DNA of 17,285 nt. It comes from Geosiphon pyriformis uo1. Lineage: Eukaryota; Fungi; Glomeromycota. A model generated the notes under the pieces. The model did no database searches, had not been told where the DNA came from, and saw only the letters and a list, made by a program, of their open reading frames with translations. The stretch covers positions 1-17,285 of the forward strand of contig JAAOMT010000431.1 in NCBI GenBank assembly GCA_016748015.1, written 5' to 3'. Shown in pieces: positions 11,933 to 17,285 of the stretch (position 1 is the stretch's first letter; each line of letters begins with the position of its first letter). The translations under genes were made by a program, and so were the position numbers.

Positions 11933-13493
11933 TCAAAGTTTTGGATTAAAATTAGGGGTATTAATAAGGTTGGTGCAGTCTTCAAATATAGTTCCAAAAT
12001 AAGGGGTGTCATGGAAGCTTGTTCCTGTACCATCTGTCCCTAAATTACATTGCTGCAAAATGAGAAAAAATAAAATTGGTAAGCTTTATTGTTCTTAAAA
12101 TTATTAAAAAGTTTAACTAAAATAAGCAGACATACCAGACTTTCACCATATTGCTTTTGATTTTTATTTGAAAATCCTGGACATTCATAGACTATTGGCT
12201 CATTACAATCACAATCAATACTTTCAATCCAATACTCAGTCCCAGGGTGGATATATGGTACACCCGTTGGGGAATATTTCGGGAAATGAGGGAAAAATTC
12301 GTTAGTATATGTAATTCTAAACATCTTAAGTTTATTACTTCGCTTATTGATTTGTTCAGCAAGTTGATAATTCCCTGGACGTGAAGAACCAAAGGTGACA
12401 ACGTGAATGTAAACATTTTCATCAACAGGTGAGAAAGCCAGGAGTAAAAAGCCTAATATTTGAGCATAGACTAAGTGGAGTAATAAATTAATAGTTCGAA
12501 TTTTAATTTAAAATATATTTAAAAATTTTTAAGAGGAAAATATTGACTTTCTAAAATTTCTTACATCCTCCAACTCTATGCCCAGTCAGATAAATATCGA
12601 TTCGTTGATTTGATCCCATTCCATTTCTAATTCCGTTAATTCCATGTTTTATTAAACTTGTAAAAGCTTTACAATATTGATCTTTTAACATTGTCCACCA
12701 ATCCGAATTAACTTTAAAATAACCCTTGGCTCTTAATTTTAACATTTGAAACTTGGTAGTTTCTAATTGTATTTTGTTTATTTTAGGCCCTAATTTTTCA
12801 GAGAAATAGGCAAAAATGTTAAAAATTATTATTGATCCATAAAATAGTTTTTGATTATTAAAAAAAAAAAAGGAGTAATATTTTTGTTGAGAAAGAAAGA
12901 AAGAAAGAAAGAAACCTTTCCAAAACTTACCGCCAAAAGATCCAATAATGATTGGAATTTGTGGATTGTGTGCAACATGAGCTGATAAATTAAGAAGTAT
13001 GATGGTGAAATTTTTTATATTGAAAATTTTTTGTTTTTTTACACCCTATCTTACCAATAAATCCTGGACCTGATATTGAAGCCTTAGCACAATAAGCAAG
13101 ATTTGCCCACATAGCCATTTTAGTAAAAAGTGTTAAAAGGCCTTTATCTTTTAATAACGTCTTGGGTGGGGTAATATTTTCATTAAAATTAAATCCATTC
13201 TTAGCTCTTGAAAAGAGTAATTTCTTTTCATGATCGTCTTCATATATTTCTTCTTGATGAGTAAAATTAAATTTTAATTTGGGTAACAGTTTGTATTCTA
13301 TTGAATTTAAATTGTATGAGATGGAAGTGGTTTTTCTTAAAAATTTATTATAATAATCTTTGAAAAATGTCAAAAAATTAAATAAAATGTAAAACAAAAA
13401 AAGTGTTTGAATAATTTTTTTTCCTATAATTTTTTTAGACGAACAAATGTAGTTATGATTTAAAATCATTTTTTGATAAAAATTATATTTCAT
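11933..13493 (-). CDS. Class 3 lipase-like (alpha/beta hydrolase) protein, predicted catalytically inactive. Exons 13493-13055, 12981-12931, 12789-12565, 12470-12136, 12052-11933
   Basis: Four GT..AG introns with compatible phases give an open frame: WANLAYC, IIIGSFGG, IYLTGHRVGG (GHSxGG position), VVTFGSSRPGN, FRITYTNEFFPHFP, YIHPGTEYWI, FHDTPYFG. The 5' end and start codon are uncertain; a further intron near 13365-13425 is possible. Confidence 0.85.
12891..12914. repeat. (GAAA)6 microsatellite in intron 2 of the lipase-like gene
   Basis: Read directly. Confidence 0.95.
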
Positions 13494-14609
13494 CAAGTTT
13501 ATTGAAAAATGTGGTCTTCAAACATTTATTTTATACATGTGAATGAAACAGCGGATTATCTTGATCAAGAAAATGAAATAACATTGACAATCTGTATGTA
13601 AACACTAAAATTAACAATAAAAATTAGAACAAAACCGTTCTCCATTTATATATAAACAGTATTGTCGAATGTATATTTCGTCTTTTTGACCTAGAATTTG
13701 TTTTATTTTGATAATTTTAATTAAAAAAAAAGGAAATCAATTCAGTTCTTTTTATATTTATTCCAAGAGAAATTTGAAATTTTAAACCTTATATGCAGGA
13801 TCATATTTTCAAAGAAAAGAATTTCATTTATAATTTACATGTAAATCAATCAAATTCTTTGTAATTCTTTGTAATTCTTTGGCATTTTTTGTTATAAGAA
13901 ATCTGATTTCTTAAAGTTTTTAGAATTCTTTCATTGATTGATATTCTGTATAAAATAATTTTAATATGAAATTGCTTCATTGAAGAAATTTACAATATGA
14001 AAAATATTTCAAATTTATTAATGTTGATTTCATTAAAATTTAAAAACTATAAAGAATTTTTGTTTAAATTATCAGCAATTAAGAAAACACACATTAATAA
14101 ATCTTTTGCATTCGATTCAAATTTGTTTACCATTGAGAAACTTAATTTCCAAATCATATCTTTTGATATGTGAAAATCATAACATTAGAAATAGTTTTTT
14201 CCGTGGGAATTTTTCTCAAACCCGTGATCCCACTTTATCATGTTGACATAATCTGACCGATATGGTTTAGCGTATACTAATCAAACCATTTTCTTGTAAA
14301 AAAATATTTAAACTCTCTTACAAAATTAAATTAAATCTATAATAATATACAAGCAAATCTTTATAAATTACACAAATGTAAAAGCCCAATTAGAGAATAG
14401 TCTATAAAACACCTGACACAGAATTTTATCGTAATTTTATGTCTCATTTAAGGTAATCACAACACTTTCAATTCAAAACCTTTGATCTTCTTAATACGTG
14501 ATTATAGGAATAAATTAATTATTGCCAGCTAAAACTAAATCTATGCAAGATCGAGATATTTCTCTTGCTGTTCCAAAATTAATTTGCATGAGATATAAAA
14601 ATAAATAAG

Positions 14610-15626
14610 GAAGACCATATGCAACCTAGAAACTAAATTATGCATATAGAAAAATCTCAAAGAAATTTATCAATGAGCTATTGAAACCAGCAATCACCAA
14701 TCAAAATGTAACTCAATTTTAAGTTTTCATTTAAACTAAAAATAGCAATATGCATAGTTCGCCTTTTTGCATCTTTGCAGTCATTTAAGTTTGAATTCCC
14801 GTTCTCGAAGATCTTCAATATAAATAAGTAAATAAGGTTTTAGGCTAAATGTTAAGGCTTAGGTTTTTCACGTTAATTATTAATATTTAAATTAGTTTTA
14901 TTTACTCGCTGAAATTAAAAGATAAATGAAAAAGAAGGAATTATGTTAAACCTGTTATTGGAGCTATTACCAATCAGCTAGGGCTAGAAAAGAAGATCTG
15001 CAACCTTAGAACCAGATTATGCATATAGAAAATCTTAAAGAAATTTATCAATGAGCTATTGACGTCAGCAATCACCAACTAGAGTGTAACTTAAAAAAAT
15101 AGCGATGATATAATTACAAGCATAGTGCGCCTTTTGCCCATTTAAGCAATGTAAATGAAGGAATCTAACCTTTATGAAGTAAAATTTATTTTCAGAATAT
15201 TCCAGCGTTTCAGATTTTTCCCAAGACCTAGCCTGCTTGGGAATGTGATTTAAAAAATTATAAGTTGAAATCCCTATTTAATAGCAAAGATGAACTCGTT
15301 AAAAATCTTTCTTTACCCATAGAAAATATTCAAGGTTTTTAACTTATCTGTGTCATTTGAAAATCATGTCTTCAACTTCATCATTTGAAAACGCAACCTT
15401 AAACCTCGACTGGCTTGAAGGAGCGTCAATTATCATCAGAGAAAATTTGGCCAATTCTCCAACTAGTGAATATTCAAAAGTTGCCAACTTTGTGAAAAAA
15501 TACCTAATGCGCAATATGAAAACACCTGAAGAACTATTCAATTGCTTGAATAATAAAAGTTCAAAACGTTCGACAGACAATATTTTACTTGGTTTTTCTT
15601 TAGAACATGGGATTGGAACTACTAGA
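14610..15626. repeat. Right arm of ~1 kb inverted repeat
   Basis: Reverse complement of 1-1006. Begins GAAGACCATATGCAAC at 14610. The outer limit is set by the window edge on the left arm. Confidence 0.97.
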
Positions 15627-17285
15627 GATTTAAAAAAAGCATTTTTAGAATTTCAGAAAGCAGCAAATGCAGAAGATTCTGTTGGACAATTCTTTTTAGG
15701 CTATTGTTACAGCAATGGAATTGGTGTTTCACAAGATCGAAGAAAAGCATTTAAACTCTATTTAAAAGCAGCAGAGACGGGTAATACAAATGCACAATAC
15801 AATCTTGCAACATGTTATCGAAATGGATGGGGAACAACGAAAAACTTTGAAAAAGCATTTGAACTCTATTCAAAAGCAGCAGAGGCGGGAAATACAGATG
15901 CACAATGCAATCTTGGATGGTGTATTCAAAATGGATGGGGAACAACGAAAAACTTTGAAAAAGCATTTGAACTCTATTCAAAAGCAGCAGAGGCGGGAAA
16001 TACATATGCACAATTAAGTCTTGGACTTTGTTATGAAATTGGATGGGGAATAACGAAAAACTTTGAAAAAGCATTTGAACTGTATGCAAAAGCAGCAGAG
16101 GCGGGAAATACAGATGCACAATGTAATCTTGGATTTTGTTATCAAAATGGATGGGGAATAACGAAAAACTTTGAAAAAGCATTTGAACTGTATGCAAAAG
16201 CAGCAGAGGCGGGAAATACAAATGCACAATGCCATCTTGGATGGTGTTATCGAAATGGATGGGGAACAACGAAAAACTTAGAAAAAGCATTTGAACTGTA
16301 TTCAAAACCAGCAGAGACGGGAAATACAGATGCACAATATAATCTTGGACGGTGTTATCAAAATGGATGGGGAACAACGAAAAACTTAGAAAAAGCATTT
16401 GAACTCTATTCAAAAGCAGCAGAGGCGGGAAATAAATATGCACAATCAAATCTTGGACTTTGTTATGAAAATGGATGGGGAACAACGAAAAACTTAGAAA
16501 AAGCATTTGAACTGTATTCAAAAGCAGCAGAGACGGGAAATACAGATGCACAATATAATCTTGGACGGTGTTATCAAAATGGATGGGGAATAACGAAAAA
16601 CTTTGAAAAAGCATTTGAACTGTATGCAAAAGCAGCAGAGGCGGGAAATACAAATGCACAATACAATCTTGCAAGATGTTATCGAAATGGATGTGGAACA
16701 ACGAAAAACTTAGAAAAAGCATTTAAACTCTATTCAAAAGCAGTAGAGGCGGGAAATAAACTGGCACAATACAATCTTGCAAGATGTTATCGAAATGGAT
16801 GTGGAACAACAAAAAACTTTGAAAAAGCATTTGAACTCTATTCAAAAGCAGCAGAGACGGGAAATACACTGGCACAATCAAATCTTGGACGGTGCTATGA
16901 AAATGGATGGGGAATAACGAAAAACTTTGAAAAAGCATTTGAACTCTATTCAAAAGCAGCAGAAACGGGAAATACAGATGTACAATATAATCTTGGACGG
17001 TGTTATGAAAATGGATGGGGAATAACGAAAAACTTTGAAAAAGCATTTGAACTGTATTCAAAAGCAACAGAGACCGGAAATACAGATGCACAATATAATC
17101 TTGGACGGTGTTATGAAAATGGATGGGGAACAACAAAAAACTTTGAAAAAGCATTTGATTTCTATTCAAAAGCAGCAGAGGCGGGAGATACACAGGCACA
17201 ATATAAGCTTGGACTTTGTTATGAAAATGGATGGGGAATAACGAAAAACTTAGAAAAAGCATTTAAACTCTATTCAAAAGCAGCA
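15366..17285 (+). CDS. Sel1-like repeat (SLR/TPR-like) protein, >=640 aa, 3'-partial, no intron in the visible part
   Basis: ATG at 15366 (in-frame TAA at 15300), open to the window end. ~75-aa N-terminal region, two divergent SLR units, then 14 highly similar units of consensus GNTxAQxxLGxCYxNGWGxTKNxEKAFELYSKAAEA, matching the canonical Sel1 pattern A..LG..Y..G.G...D...A...Y..AA..G. Confidence 0.96.
   Translation, partial: MSSTSSFENATLNLDWLEGASIIIRENLANSPTSEYSKVANFVKKYLMRNMKTPEELFNCLNNKSSKRSTDNILLGFSLEHGIGTTRDLKKAFLEFQKAANAEDSVGQFFLGYCYSNGIGVSQDRRKAFKLYLKAAETGNTNAQYNLATCYRNGWGTTKNFEKAFELYSKAAEAGNTDAQCNLGWCIQNGWGTTKNFEKAFELYSKAAEAGNTYAQLSLGLCYEIGWGITKNFEKAFELYAKAAEAGNTDAQCNLGFCYQNGWGITKNFEKAFELYAKAAEAGNTNAQCHLGWCYRNGWGTTKNLEKAFELYSKPAETGNTDAQYNLGRCYQNGWGTTKNLEKAFELYSKAAEAGNKYAQSNLGLCYENGWGTTKNLEKAFELYSKAAETGNTDAQYNLGRCYQNGWGITKNFEKAFELYAKAAEAGNTNAQYNLARCYRNGCGTTKNLEKAFKLYSKAVEAGNKLAQYNLARCYRNGCGTTKNFEKAFELYSKAAETGNTLAQSNLGRCYENGWGITKNFEKAFELYSKAAETGNTDVQYNLGRCYENGWGITKNFEKAFELYSKATETGNTDAQYNLGRCYENGWGTTKNFEKAFDFYSKAAEAGDTQAQYKLGLCYENGWGITKNLEKAFKLYSKAA
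15780..17285 (+). repeat. 108-bp coding tandem array, 14 units (last truncated by the window), no indels
   Basis: The xAAAAAGCATTT motif recurs exactly every 108 bp: 15633, 15741, 15849 ... 17253. Confidence 0.98.

Noticed and set aside
12192-12425. 77-aa minus-strand ORF
   Set aside because: Alternative frame of lipase-like exon 4.
13853-13881. AATTCTTTGT x3 tandem repeat
   Set aside because: Ordinary slippage repeat in AT-rich intergenic DNA.
1-15626. Giant DNA transposon (Maverick/foldback type) with 1 kb TIRs and cargo
   Set aside because: The arms consist of host-gene upstream DNA and coding sequence that reads through the outer boundary. No integrase, polB or intact transposase is seen and a TSD cannot be assessed. 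Not fully excluded without the left flank.
15751-17262. Long minus-strand ORFs (323 aa, 179 aa) and short alternative-frame ORFs over the array
   Set aside because: They are shadows of the 108-bp Sel1 repeat. A stop-free unit repeated many times yields long ORFs automatically, and the plus frame matches a known family.
15780-17285. CRISPR-like array (constant repeat with variable segment)
   Set aside because: The variable parts are homologous codon variants in a continuous ORF, not unique spacers. The context is eukaryotic and no cas genes are present.
15780-17285. Diversity-generating retroelement
   Set aside because: No reverse transcriptase, no template/variable repeat pair, and the variation is not adenine-specific.

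Overview
Very AT-rich, intron-containing eukaryotic DNA. The gene families and style suggest an arbuscular mycorrhizal fungus (Glomeromycotina); this is an inference. The dominant structure is a ~1 kb inverted repeat (1-1006 / 14610-15626). Each arm holds the upstream region and first 87 codons of a Sel1-like repeat (SLR) gene, so two copies point outward, head-to-head, around a 13.6 kb interior. The right copy (15366 to >17285, missed by the ORF track because it has no stop in the window) carries an array of near-identical 108-bp/36-aa repeats. Variation is concentrated at a few positions on one predicted helix face (4, 7, 8, 11, 14), with a 4-unit higher-order pattern. This looks like a repeat-shuffling, diversifying recognition receptor. 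The interior holds a decayed Tc1/mariner transposase, a candidate TA-flanked MITE, a cytochrome P450 pseudogene, a cleanly spliceable class-3 lipase-like gene lacking the catalytic Ser, microsatellites and much unassignable AT-rich DNA.
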